Shown: in pieces, positions 1 through 9,585 of the stretch | Layout of the letters: every line of letters starts with the position of its first letter | Position numbering within the stretch: the stretch's first letter is position 1 | Source of the DNA: Epsilonproteobacteria bacterium UBA4036 | GTDB lineage: Bacteria > Campylobacterota > Campylobacteria > Campylobacterales > Arcobacteraceae | Direction of reading: 5' to 3' | Length of the DNA stretch: 64,000 bases | Assembly (NCBI GenBank): GCA_002382325.1 | Contig: DGAG01000007.1 | Coordinates: 200,235 to 264,234 of the forward strand | The notes under the pieces: model-generated | Told to the model about the DNA's origin: nothing | The model's database searches: none | The model's input: only the letters and a program-made list of their open reading frames with translations | Position numbers and translations under genes: made by a program

Positions 1-1327
1 TACTTCCTGTCATTTCAGCACTTCCAAAAAGTCCACCGCCTCGTTTTAAAAGTTCTCGTAAATCCAATTGCAATCGGCAACACATACTTCGTACATGACC
101 TGGTTTGTAGGCTTCTTCATTGATAATTAAGTTGCCATTTTCATCTTTGGTGTATTGACTGCCAATAAAATTTTGAAAATAGGAGCTTCCAATTTTGGCT
201 GTATTTTCAAATAAGATATCAGTATTTTCTCCATACCAATCAAAATCTTCTGTAATATTTACCGTGGGAATAGGAAACGTAAAAGGTTGCCCTGATTTGT
301 CTCCTTCGGTCATCACTTCATAATACGCTTTATTGATAAGATTCATCTCTTTTTGGAAATGTTTATAGGTTAACTCTTCTAACGAGACACACCCTCTTTC
401 TTTGGCAAGTGCCAGTAGAGTTTTATCCCCTATATTTTTAAATAAGTGTTCACTGTTTCGTGTAGGAATTTGCTCTTTTAAATCTTGGGGAACTGTCCAA
501 TCAATGGTGATATTTGTAAAAGGGCTTTGTCCCCAACGAGCAGGAACATTTAGGTTATAGACAAAACTTTTAATCGCTTTTTTAATCTCTTTGTAGTCCA
601 ATTGATCTTTAAAAATATACGGCGATAAATAGGTATCAAAACTGCTAAATGCTTGCGCTCCTGCCCATTCACTTTGCAGTATGCCTAAAAAGTTTGCCAT
701 TTGTCCTAGGGCTTCTCTAAAATGATTAGGTGCCCTACTTTCAACTCGACCTCGAACGCCATTAAATCCTTCATCTAACAGTACTCTTAAACTCCAACCG
801 GCACAATAGCCACTTAAACAATCTAAATCGTGAATATGATAATCTCCATTTCTATGGGCATAGCCCTCTTCTTTAGAGTAGATTTTATCCAACCAATAAT
901 TGGCAATAATTTTTCCTGCACTGTTGTTGATTAAACCCGCATGAGAGTATCCGGTGTTGGAGTTGGCTTTAATTCGCCAATCACTTCCATTGATGTACTC
1001 TTGAATGGTTTGAGTTGAGTTAATATAGGTGGTGTCTTCATTTAAACCTAAGATGTGTTCTCGTTGCATCTTGTGAATATTTCGATACAACATAAATGAT
1101 TTCATTACATCAAAATATCGACTTTTGTACAGCTCTTTTTCAATGATATCTTGAATATCTTCAACGGCGACCACTCTTTTATTTTTGACTTTTTCGATTA
1201 CGTTGAAAAAAACTTCACTGTCGTATTTGACGTGTTCACTTTTAAATGCTTTTTTGATGGCATCTTCTATTTTATACGATTCAAATGTCTCATTTAAACC
1301 ATTTCGTTTTAAAACTTTTTCTAGCAT
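1..1327 (-). CDS. nrdD: anaerobic (class III) ribonucleoside-triphosphate reductase NrdD, N-terminal ~442 codons; 3' end runs off the window
   Basis: Absent from the ORF track because no stop lies inside the window. My own reverse-strand translation from the ATG at 1327 gives MLEKVLKRNGLNETFESYKIEDAIKKAF (ATP-cone-like). It continues with RAPNHFREALGQMANFLGILQSEWAGAQAF, NLNVPARWGQSPFTNITIDW and MCCRLQLDLRELLKRGGGLFGSAEMTGS. These match NrdD blocks as I remember them. Confidence 0.85.
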   Translation of the reverse strand, partial: MLEKVLKRNGLNETFESYKIEDAIKKAFKSEHVKYDSEVFFNVIEKVKNKRVVAVEDIQDIIEKELYKSRYFDVMKSFMLYRNIHKMQREHILGLNEDTTYINSTQTIQEYINGSDWRIKANSNTGYSHAGLINNSAGKIIANYWLDKIYSKEEGYAHRNGDYHIHDLDCLSGYCAGWSLRVLLDEGFNGVRGRVESRAPNHFREALGQMANFLGILQSEWAGAQAFSSFDTYLSPYIFKDQLDYKEIKKAIKSFVYNLNVPARWGQSPFTNITIDWTVPQDLKEQIPTRNSEHLFKNIGDKTLLALAKERGCVSLEELTYKHFQKEMNLINKAYYEVMTEGDKSGQPFTFPIPTVNITEDFDWYGENTDILFENTAKIGSSYFQNFIGSQYTKDENGNLIINEEAYKPGHVRSMCCRLQLDLRELLKRGGGLFGSAEMTGS

Positions 1328-1444
1328 TGACTTTCCTTTGGTATGTGAAATTCTATGCCAGAACGACTTAATAAATAATAATTTTTTTTGCCACTAAAGT
1401 GTCATAAAAATAGCTTTAGTGACATGAAAGTATTAAAAAATAAC

Positions 1445-2485
1445 TTAATTAATTGGGCGTTTTTCTTGTGAGATATTGCTTAAAAGGATGCCAATCCATT
1501 TGGTGTTTTCTGAAGACTCAAAGGCTATCTTTATCGTCATAGTAATGGGTACAGCTAAAAACATCCCTACAATGCCTAGCACCCAACCCCAAAAAATTAA
1601 AGAGAAAAAAATAATCATGGCAGAAAGATTTAAATGAGTTCCCATAAGTTTTGGTTCGATGATATTGCTAATAGAAATGTTAATAATGACATAAATAATA
1701 ATCAACCAAAGTGTCATTTCTATATTGCCTGAAACTAATGCAATCAACACCGCAGGAATACTTGCGACAATTGAGCCAACAACAGGAATAAAATTGAATA
1801 AAAATGCCATAAATGCCCACAGAAGTGCGTATTGGATTCCAAAAAAGAGCAAAACCAGATAAATTAATAATCCTGTTAGAAAACTGGTAAAGGTTTTAAC
1901 GGCAAAATATTTTTGCAAATTGTGTGAAAAAAGATTAAAACTGATGAGTTTTTTTGTGTCATTTTTAAAAATGACCTTCAACTTTTTATTAAAGAGTTTA
2001 CTCTCTGAAAGAATAAAAGCCACTCCAATGGTTATAAGCAACAATTTAGAAAGAATTACCCCTAAATTACTGATAATATCTTTTGTAAAAGTAAATAAAT
2101 AGTTAAAATTTAACAGTTTTAAAATTTCATCTTTATTGATATTGATGTTATATGTGTCTAAATAGGAAAAAGTTAGAAGGGTCAAACTCTTGATTTTTTC
2201 TTCATAGCTTGGTAAAGCCAAAACAAAATTGGTCAATGAAGTGTTCACTAAATAGGTAATAAGAGAGATAAATACAATAAACAGCAGTGTGAGAAAAAAG
2301 TATGAAATCAATTTGGGAATTCTTTTTTTATTTAAAAATGATAAAAAAGCTGAAAGTAAAGAGGAGATAAAAACAGCCAAGAGTAAAATAATGACAATTT
2401 CACTCGCAACTTTTAAGCCAGCAATCACAATAACAAAAACGGCCGTATAGAAAAAATAGTATTTTAAATTGCTTGGTTGTAACAT
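1445..2485 (-). CDS. AI-2E family (PerM/UPF0118) membrane transporter
   Basis: 346 aa multi-pass membrane protein. The C-terminal block FNFIPVVGSIVASIPAVLIAL ... GMFLAVPIT is typical of the AI-2E/UPF0118 family. Confidence 0.8.
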   Translation of the reverse strand: MLQPSNLKYYFFYTAVFVIVIAGLKVASEIVIILLLAVFISSLLSAFLSFLNKKRIPKLISYFFLTLLFIVFISLITYLVNTSLTNFVLALPSYEEKIKSLTLLTFSYLDTYNININKDEILKLLNFNYLFTFTKDIISNLGVILSKLLLITIGVAFILSESKLFNKKLKVIFKNDTKKLISFNLFSHNLQKYFAVKTFTSFLTGLLIYLVLLFFGIQYALLWAFMAFLFNFIPVVGSIVASIPAVLIALVSGNIEMTLWLIIIYVIINISISNIIEPKLMGTHLNLSAMIIFFSLIFWGWVLGIVGMFLAVPITMTIKIAFESSENTKWIGILLSNISQEKRPIN

Positions 2486-2626
2486 TTAATCCCTTTTATT
2501 TTTACGTTGATTTTATCCAATTTATAATTAAAAAAATCTCTTTATAAAAATTAAAAAACCCATTAAGAAATAAATAAAGGCTTTTTATGTAGAATTATCT
2601 CTTTTATAAAATTTGAGGAAGTACAA

Positions 2627-3553
2627 ATGAAACATTTTCTTACACTAGCAGACTTTACCAAAGAAGAATTGGAAGAGATTTTAACCCTCTCTTTAAAAAT
2701 AAAAACAGAAACCAAGAACAGAGTTTTTAAAGATTACTTACCCAAACAAGTCTTAGGGATGATATTTGAAAAAAGCAGTACTCGTACACGAGTAAGCTTT
2801 GAAACAGGGATTTATCAACTGGGTGGTATTGGTATGTTTTTATCTTCTAATGATATCCAGCTGGGACGTGGTGAGCCTATGAGCGATACCAGTCGTGTTA
2901 TTTCACGTATGGTCGATATGGTAATGATTCGGACATTTGAACACTCAAAACTTGAAGAGTTTGCACGCTATTCACAAGTGCCTGTTATTAACGGCTTAAC
3001 CGATGATTTTCATCCTGTACAACTTATGGCAGATTATTTAACCATTATAGAAGAAGGCAAAAGTGAAAATTTGGTTGCAGCGTATGTAGGCGATGGAAAT
3101 AATTTAGCCCATTCATGGCTAATGTTGGCTGCAAAAATGGGATTTGAGTTAAGAATTGCAACCCCTAAAGGGTATGAAGTCAAAGCCGATATCTTAGAAA
3201 AAGCCTTAAGCTTTGCAAAAATTTCAGGGGCTAAAATCACCGTAGGTAATGACCCAAAAGCTGCAGTAAAAAATGCAACGGTTGTTACAACAGATACGTG
3301 GGTTTCTATGGGGCAAGAATCACAAAAAGAGCAAAAAGTTAAAGACTTTAAGGGCTATATTGTTGATGATGCCATGATGAAATTGGCACATGAAGATGCG
3401 ATATTTTTACACTGTTTACCTGCTTACAGAGAGTATGAAGTGAGTACTTCAGTTTTTGAAGGCAAACAAAGCAAAGTATTTGAAGAAGCGGAAAACCGAT
3501 TGCATGCACAAAAAGGAATTATGGTTTGGCTAGATGGTAAAAGAAATGATTGA
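2627..3553 (+). CDS. argF: ornithine carbamoyltransferase
   Basis: 308 aa with carbamoyl-phosphate motif [18 protein letters not shown] and [18 protein letters not shown] lies upstream. Confidence 0.93.
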   Translation: MKHFLTLADFTKEELEEILTLSLKIKTETKNRVFKDYLPKQVLGMIFEKSSTRTRVSFETGIYQLGGIGMFLSSNDIQLGRGEPMSDTSRVISRMVDMVMIRTFEHSKLEEFARYSQVPVINGLTDDFHPVQLMADYLTIIEEGKSENLVAAYVGDGNNLAHSWLMLAAKMGFELRIATPKGYEVKADILEKALSFAKISGAKITVGNDPKAAVKNATVVTTDTWVSMGQESQKEQKVKDFKGYIVDDAMMKLAHEDAIFLHCLPAYREYEVSTSVFEGKQSKVFEEAENRLHAQKGIMVWLDGKRND

Positions 3554-4913
3554 TTTTAAACAATTTGAAAAATATTCCAAACCAGGACCACGATACACTT
3601 CCTATCCAACAGCTCCTGTTTTCAATGAAAATTTCAAAGAAGAAAATTTAATTGCACATTTTAAAGCTCAAGACTCTTCTCGAGCTTTATCGTTATATAT
3701 TCATATCCCTTTTTGCAGAAGTGCCTGTTATTTTTGCGGATGTAATGTTATTTTTACTTCAAAAGAGGATAAAAAAACACGATATATCAGTTATTTAAAA
3801 AAAGAGTTGGCACTTTTAAAACAACATTTGGATACCTCAAGAACAGTAACTCAAATGCATTTTGGAGGGGGGACACCCACCTTTTTAAGTACCGAACAAC
3901 TCAATGAAGTGATTGGCTTAATCAAAGAAACCTTTCCTAATTTTAGCAGCGATGCAGAAATCTCTTGTGAAGTTGATCCACGATATTTTACCAAAGAACA
4001 TATGGATGTGTTAAAAAATGGAGGCTGTAATCGGTTGAGTTTTGGTGTTCAAGATATTAATGAACAAGTCCAAAAAGAAATACACAGAATCCAACCTTTT
4101 GAAACAACACAAAATGTGATGCAAATTGCTCGAGATGCCGGTATTACTTCTGTCAATATTGACTTAATTTACGGACTTCCCTATCAAACAAAAGAGACAT
4201 TCAAAGAAACCTTACAAAAGGTTATTACACTAAATCCAGACCGATTGGCAGTATTTAACTATGCTCATGTTCCTTGGCTTATGAAAACCATGAGAAAATT
4301 TGATGAAACAACCTTTGCACCACCGAGTGAAAAACTTGAGATTTTAAAAGATACCATAGAGTTTTTTACCTCAAACGGATACAAAATGGTCGGAATGGAT
4401 CACTTCGCAAAACCTGAAGATGAATTGTTTAAAGCGATTGAAAAAGGGGAATTGCATCGTAATTTCCAAGGCTATACCACAAAAGGTGGTGCAGATTTAA
4501 TTGGAATTGGGGTTACTTCTATTGGTGATGGCGTGGATTATTATGTTCAAAACTTTAAAGAGCTTAAAGAGTATGAAGAAGCCATTGACAGTGGACATTT
4601 GCCTGTATTTAAAGGCTATGCTTTAAGTTTGGATGACCAAATTCGACAAACCGTTATTATGGAGCTTATGAGTAATTTTGCTTTAAATATTCCACGAATT
4701 GAAACGATGTTTAAGATTGATTTCAATGAATATTTTAAAGATGACTTAAAAGAATTGGATGAGTTTGTCAATGAGCGTTTAGTTTCAATTACGCACGATA
4801 AAATTACGGTCAGTCAAACAGGAACGATGCTTATACGAAATATTTGTATGCCCTTTGATGCGTATTTAAAACACGTTCCTGAAAACAAACGAAGGTTCAG
4901 TAAAACAATATAG
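3534..4913 (+). CDS. hemN: oxygen-independent coproporphyrinogen III oxidase (radical SAM)
   Basis: 459 aa with N-terminal [10 protein letters not shown], radical-SAM cluster [10 protein letters not shown] and GGGTPT. The start is uncertain: ATG 3534 or ATG 3546. Both overlap the argF stop. Confidence 0.9.
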   Translation: MVKEMIDFKQFEKYSKPGPRYTSYPTAPVFNENFKEENLIAHFKAQDSSRALSLYIHIPFCRSACYFCGCNVIFTSKEDKKTRYISYLKKELALLKQHLDTSRTVTQMHFGGGTPTFLSTEQLNEVIGLIKETFPNFSSDAEISCEVDPRYFTKEHMDVLKNGGCNRLSFGVQDINEQVQKEIHRIQPFETTQNVMQIARDAGITSVNIDLIYGLPYQTKETFKETLQKVITLNPDRLAVFNYAHVPWLMKTMRKFDETTFAPPSEKLEILKDTIEFFTSNGYKMVGMDHFAKPEDELFKAIEKGELHRNFQGYTTKGGADLIGIGVTSIGDGVDYYVQNFKELKEYEEAIDSGHLPVFKGYALSLDDQIRQTVIMELMSNFALNIPRIETMFKIDFNEYFKDDLKELDEFVNERLVSITHDKITVSQTGTMLIRNICMPFDAYLKHVPENKRRFSKTI

Positions 4914-6203
4914 ATGGAAAAATTTGATTATACAAAAGTAAGTGATGATTGCGTCAAATGCGGTAAATGTAAACCCGTTTGTACGATTTTTAATATCAAT
5001 CAAGATGAAGCAACCTCTCCAAGAGGATTTATTGACCTATTGGGTGCCTATAAACGCAATGAGCTTGATTTGGATATGACAGCCAAAGATATATTTGAAA
5101 GCTGTTTTTTGTGTACCAATTGTGTGGAAGCGTGTCCCAATGATTTGCCAACAGATATGGTTATTGAACAAGTCCGTTCAGATATTGCCAAAAAATTTGG
5201 ACTGGCTTGGTACAAAAAACTCTTTTTCTTTTTATTACGACATCGTAAAATTATGGATTTGATGTCAAAATTAGGGTATGTGTTTCAAACGTGTGGTTTA
5301 AAAATCAATCATGAAAAGCAAAGTGCTACACCACGATTTTCTTTGCCCATTGTTAAAAAAGACCGAGCATTGCCTTTTGCTGACAGTGTCTCTTTTTTAA
5401 ATAAATATCCTGAAAATCTTAAATTTGCCCCTGCTTCTGTTCAACAAGAGCGAAAAGTGGCTATTTTTATTGGTTGTATGGGAAATTATGCGTTTACGAA
5501 TATTGGTGACGCTTTGGTTAAAATCTTAAAAACATTAGAAATTGATACCATAATTCCTAAAAAACAACTCTGTTGTGGTGCTCCTGCCTATTTTACAGGA
5601 GATTTTGACACGGTTGATTATTTGGTGAAGAAAAATATTGAGTATTTTGAAACCTTTATTGACAGTGTTGATGCTATTATTATCCCAGAAGCTACGTGCA
5701 GTGCGATGATTAATATTGACTGGGTTCATTTTTTACACGATCAACCCCATTGGAAAAAAAGAGCCGCTAAAATTGCTCCCAAAGTTAAAATGGCAACGCA
5801 ATGGCTAGAAAATAATACCAAACTCAAAGAGATATTAGCTACTAAAGGTAAAAATGTTTCTGATTTGGTTACCTATCATGATCCTTGTCATGCAAAGAAA
5901 ATGCAAGGTATTCATAAAGAACCACGTAATTTATTGGCTCAAAATTACAAAATGACTGAAATGAGTGACCCCAATCGATGTTGTGGATTTGGTGGAGTAA
6001 CCATGCAAACAGAAAAATATGAGTTTGCCAAAGCAGCTGGTGCGCCAAAGGCTGCGATGATTAAAGAGACCAAAGCCAATATTGTCAGTGCTGAATGCAG
6101 TGCCTGTCGAATGCAAATTACTAACTCTTTATATCAAGCCAAAGCAGAGGATGTTATTTTTAAAAATCCCATAGAGCTTATTGCCCAAGCTTTGGAGCAG
6201 TAA
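4914..6203 (+). CDS. Fe-S oxidoreductase with two ferredoxin-type 4Fe-4S motifs and cysteine-rich CCG-type C-terminal half (GlcF/GlpC/HdrD-like)
   Basis: CVKCGKCKPVC and CTNCVEACP lie in the N-terminal part. CCGAPAY and CCGFGG motifs lie in the C-terminal part. The ATG directly abuts the hemN stop. Confidence 0.75.
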   Translation: MEKFDYTKVSDDCVKCGKCKPVCTIFNINQDEATSPRGFIDLLGAYKRNELDLDMTAKDIFESCFLCTNCVEACPNDLPTDMVIEQVRSDIAKKFGLAWYKKLFFFLLRHRKIMDLMSKLGYVFQTCGLKINHEKQSATPRFSLPIVKKDRALPFADSVSFLNKYPENLKFAPASVQQERKVAIFIGCMGNYAFTNIGDALVKILKTLEIDTIIPKKQLCCGAPAYFTGDFDTVDYLVKKNIEYFETFIDSVDAIIIPEATCSAMINIDWVHFLHDQPHWKKRAAKIAPKVKMATQWLENNTKLKEILATKGKNVSDLVTYHDPCHAKKMQGIHKEPRNLLAQNYKMTEMSDPNRCCGFGGVTMQTEKYEFAKAAGAPKAAMIKETKANIVSAECSACRMQITNSLYQAKAEDVIFKNPIELIAQALEQ

Positions 6204-7018
6204 TGCAGTTTTGGCAAAACATCTATGCTCAATTTGACCCTGTCGCTTTTCATTTAGGCTCAATTGCCGTACATTGGTATGGAATCATGTACGCTGCAGC
6301 TCTTTTAAGTGCGATTTTTGTGGCAAAATGGATTATCAAAAAAGACAAATTACCCATAAAAAGTGAACTCTTTGACAGTTATATTTGGTGGGCTGAAATT
6401 GGTGTGATTTTAGGCGCACGAATTGGCTATATCCTTTTTTATGACACTCATACTCTTTATTATTTAACTCACCCTTGGCAAATATTCAATCCTTATATCA
6501 ATGGTGTTTATGCGGGAATTTCAGGAATGAGTTATCATGGGGCTTTTATTGGGTTTATTATTGCTTCCTTTTTGTTTTGTAAACGCAATAAGGTCTCTTT
6601 TTGGTTTTTAGCTGATATTGCTGTTTTGGGTATTAGTGCAGGATATGTTTTGGGTCGTATAGGAAATTTTGTCAATCAAGAGCTGGTTGGTCGAGTCAGT
6701 GATGTGGCTTGGGCAATTAATGTTAATGGTGTATTGCGACATCCTTCTCAAATTTATGAAGCAATACTTGAAGGAGTGTTAGTTTTTTTCATTCTGTATT
6801 ATTATCGAACAAGAAAAAGCTTTGATGGGGAATTGGCTATTATGTATGGGGTGCTGTACTCTGTTATGCGTATCATTGCTGAATTTTTCAGAGAACCCGA
6901 TTTACAGTTGGGCTTCATATACAGCAATTGGCTTACCATGGGAATGTTAATCTCTTTTGTATCGTTTATATTTAGTCTAACGGCTTTGTATTATATCAAA
7001 AGAGTGAAAAAAGCTTAA
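6203..7018 (+). CDS. lgt: prolipoprotein diacylglyceryl transferase
   Basis: 271 aa membrane protein with HWYGIMYA, GRIGNFVNQELVG and HPSQIYEA motifs. Confidence 0.9.
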   Translation: MQFWQNIYAQFDPVAFHLGSIAVHWYGIMYAAALLSAIFVAKWIIKKDKLPIKSELFDSYIWWAEIGVILGARIGYILFYDTHTLYYLTHPWQIFNPYINGVYAGISGMSYHGAFIGFIIASFLFCKRNKVSFWFLADIAVLGISAGYVLGRIGNFVNQELVGRVSDVAWAINVNGVLRHPSQIYEAILEGVLVFFILYYYRTRKSFDGELAIMYGVLYSVMRIIAEFFREPDLQLGFIYSNWLTMGMLISFVSFIFSLTALYYIKRVKKA

Positions 7019-8313
7019 GAAGAAGGACCTTGTTTTAACTCTTCAATGGTTCTTTCATGTACTTTGATAACGTCTTGCAGATCATCAATTTTGGCTCGAT
7101 ACTCATCCACATAGCCTTGAAGTGTTTTAATACCATCTTGTGAACGTTTAATCTTAATGGCAAGGGCATCGTATTTTTTCTTATACAGCACTGATTTTTC
7201 ATAAGATTTACGCCCTGCAATTAAAACTTTTTCAAGACGCTCTTGGAAAATCTTTTTTTCTGAATCGGTATTTTCCATATAGGTTTTATACTCTTTTTCT
7301 AAAAAAGCAATCTGTTTTTTATCTTGTTCTCTTCGAATACGTAATCGCTTAAGCTCTTCATCCATATCTCTTAAATATCGAACCAGCTTCTCCTCTTTTT
7401 CAACGGCATCTTGTTTGGCTTTTAAAACCAAATCTCTGGCTTTATTGTTGATCTCTTCTTGGGTAAGTTTTCGGGTATTCATTTGATCCAATTTTTGATT
7501 GACAATAAACTTTTTGAGTTTTTGTTTCTCTTCTTCAATATCAGAAATCAAAAATCCACTGGACATATATTTATGCACTTCTCCTTGAGCATTTTTAATA
7601 GGAAGAATAATCAATTTAACATAATAAGGCTCATTTGCCTTATTTTTATTTTTAAGTTTTCCTTGCCACATTTTGCCACTTTCTAAGTTTTCCCACATCT
7701 TTTTATAAATTTCACTTGAGGTATCAGGATGTCGTAGGCATTTGTGCGTATGTCCAATTAACTCCTCTTTTGTAAAACCAGAAATTTCACAAAAGCGTTG
7801 ATTGACATAAAGTATTTCACCTTTTAAATTGGTTTCAGAAACCAAATTAAGTTTATCCAAGACCGTTTTAAATTGTTCTAGGTGCTCTTTTTGTTGCTCA
7901 ATGATTCTGTTTTTTTCTGCTTTTGAAAGAATCTCTTCAATAATTTTAATAAAGGTTCCTTCTTGAAAGGGTTTGAAAATAAAATTATCAATTTTAAGTT
8001 TAATAATTTCTGTCAATAAAGAGTTATCTTGCAAATCAGAAAGAATCAAAATGGGTTTTTCCCAATCATTTGAGCTTCGAATTTTTTTAATAAAAGAGAG
8101 TGAAGCGTCATTGACATTGGAAATATCAGCAATAACAAGATGAACAGTTTTTTTAATTTTTTCGTATGCTTCAAAACTGTTTTCTTGGTTTAAAAGAGTT
8201 AGGTTATTGGTATAAGATTGTAAAATCTTTGTTGTATTTTCATCACTATTTGAAGAAACATAAACGATATTTGAGTGTGTTAAATAGTTTGTTTCTTGAT
8301 TTCTATCATTCAT
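7015..8313 (-). CDS. receiver-like domain / PAS domain / long coiled-coil protein with no recognisable enzymatic output
   Basis: The REC-like N-terminus has HLVIADIS, ILILSD and FIFKPF. A PAS_3-like core reads GFTKEELIGHTHKCLRHPDT...MWQGKLKNKNK. The C-terminal ~170 aa are K/E-rich and heptad-like. Confidence 0.6.
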   Translation of the reverse strand: MNDRNQETNYLTHSNIVYVSSNSDENTTKILQSYTNNLTLLNQENSFEAYEKIKKTVHLVIADISNVNDASLSFIKKIRSSNDWEKPILILSDLQDNSLLTEIIKLKIDNFIFKPFQEGTFIKIIEEILSKAEKNRIIEQQKEHLEQFKTVLDKLNLVSETNLKGEILYVNQRFCEISGFTKEELIGHTHKCLRHPDTSSEIYKKMWENLESGKMWQGKLKNKNKANEPYYVKLIILPIKNAQGEVHKYMSSGFLISDIEEEKQKLKKFIVNQKLDQMNTRKLTQEEINNKARDLVLKAKQDAVEKEEKLVRYLRDMDEELKRLRIRREQDKKQIAFLEKEYKTYMENTDSEKKIFQERLEKVLIAGRKSYEKSVLYKKKYDALAIKIKRSQDGIKTLQGYVDEYRAKIDDLQDVIKVHERTIEELKQGPSS

Positions 8314-8319
8314 TGAACA

Positions 8320-8583
8320 CTATTCACTGAGTTTACTGTATCCATTTTCTTGGGCTAATTCATTGATTTTATTTTTTAATAAATCCAATCTCCAGCCGTG
8401 TCGATTGGCAAAGTTTTCAATTTCAGCTTCTCGTTGTTCTTGGTTGCAAAATACGTAAATTCTTTTCAAAAAGGGTTTAGGAACTTGAATGGCGATCAAT
8501 TGAAAGTAGTTCTCTTTACAACTTCGTGAACAAAAAGCTTTACTCATTGCTATTTTCTTTTGACAGAAGGGACAGTGTGACAT
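8320..8583 (-). CDS. small zinc-ribbon protein (CPFC ... FCSRSC)
   Basis: 87 aa with an N-terminal CxxC-x11-CxxxC arrangement. It overlaps the upstream 64-aa ORF by 1 nt and ends 6 nt before the next gene. Confidence 0.45.
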   Translation of the reverse strand: MSHCPFCQKKIAMSKAFCSRSCKENYFQLIAIQVPKPFLKRIYVFCNQEQREAEIENFANRHGWRLDLLKNKINELAQENGYSKLSE

Positions 8584-8777
8584 TATTTTTTACCTTTAAC
8601 TGTTATTTTATAAAATTTTGCATTTGTAATATCTTGTAAAAATTTTGGGTCAATTTCATGCAAGGCAATTATTTCAACTTCTTTTTCACCCATTATCCAA
8701 CCTTTGCCTGAATCAATTATCTTTTCATCTTCAAACATCACAATCAGCTCTTCTTTGGAAACAATTAGCTCTTCCAT
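8583..8777 (-). CDS. hypothetical 64-aa protein
   Basis: The ORF is packed between a response regulator gene and the zinc-ribbon ORF in one co-directional cluster. I recognise no motif. Confidence 0.35.
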   Translation of the reverse strand: MEELIVSKEELIVMFEDEKIIDSGKGWIMGEKEVEIIALHEIDPKFLQDITNAKFYKITVKGKK

Positions 8778-8792
8778 GATATTACCTTAACT

Positions 8793-9494
8793 TTATTTCT
8801 TAATTCTATCGATTACATATCCTCTGTTGGATTTATTTTTGATAATATCATAATAGGTTTTTTGTCGAATTTTATTGACAATATTTCTCATGGTAAAAAT
8901 TGACATATCTTTACCTTTCCAAACAACTTCTTTGATGGTATCATAATCGGTAATCTCTTCTGATTTTTCAACAAGAAGTTTGATAAATGCTTTTTCCAAT
9001 TTAGTAAACTCAATGACTGCCCCACCTTCTTTAAAGAATTGGTCTCGGTATTCATCAAAGTAAATGCCGTGTTGAAACTCTATTTTATCACTTCTTTTGG
9101 TTTGATTCAGACACATAATAATAGCCAACTTCAAATCTTTTTGTTTTAATGGCTTGGAAAGAAAAGTATAGGCATTGCAGTTAATTGCCCATACAATATT
9201 GTCATTGCTGTCATCGTCAGAAATAACAATTTTGGGTAAAGAAAGCTTCAATTCCATGAGAGTTTTGCAAAAATCATCAAACGTTTTCTCTTGCATGGAT
9301 GAATCAATTAACAGCATATCGAACTTATGCTCTTTTAATAAACGCAACGCCTCATTGGCACTTTTGACAAGTTTTAATTCCTTAAAATAATCATCAAATT
9401 CAGACTCAACGGCACTTTTAATGTTTTCATCACTACTTACAAATAGAATTTTAACATTGTCAAGTTTTCTGATATTTTTTACTGATTTAAGCAT
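8793..9494 (-). CDS. response regulator, receiver + OmpR/PhoB-type winged-helix domain
   Basis: The receiver has FDMLLID, IVISD and FLSKP. The C-terminal part reads FIKLLVEK...VVWKGKD...MRNIVNKIRQK...RGYVI, typical of an OmpR-family DNA-binding domain. Confidence 0.7.
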   Translation of the reverse strand: MLKSVKNIRKLDNVKILFVSSDENIKSAVESEFDDYFKELKLVKSANEALRLLKEHKFDMLLIDSSMQEKTFDDFCKTLMELKLSLPKIVISDDDSNDNIVWAINCNAYTFLSKPLKQKDLKLAIIMCLNQTKRSDKIEFQHGIYFDEYRDQFFKEGGAVIEFTKLEKAFIKLLVEKSEEITDYDTIKEVVWKGKDMSIFTMRNIVNKIRQKTYYDIIKNKSNRGYVIDRIKK

Positions 9495-9585
9495 TTTTAC
9501 TCTCTTGATTTAATATCTTGAGCGTATATTAGCAAAAATAATTCAATTTGTCAAAGGAAAATAATTTTTTATTTGTGAAAAATAA

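Noticed and set aside
1392-1421. Inverted repeat CACTAAAG-N14-CTTTAGTG between nrdD and the AI-2E transporter gene, considered as an NrdR box or terminator.
   Set aside because: It does not fit the 16-bp NrdR box consensus as I remember it. On the transcribed (minus) strand the hairpin is followed by an A-run, not a U-run. I therefore support neither role.
3867-3872. G6 tract inside hemN as a possible phase-variation site.
   Set aside because: The run is only six G and encodes the conserved GGG of the HFGGGTPT motif. It is too short to be a contingency locus like those known in Campylobacter.
7015-7018. Four-nucleotide overlap of the convergent lgt and REC-PAS genes.
   Set aside because: Both stops are read from the palindrome CTTAAG (TAA on each strand). 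This is a trivial consequence of the sequence, not a functional feature I can support.
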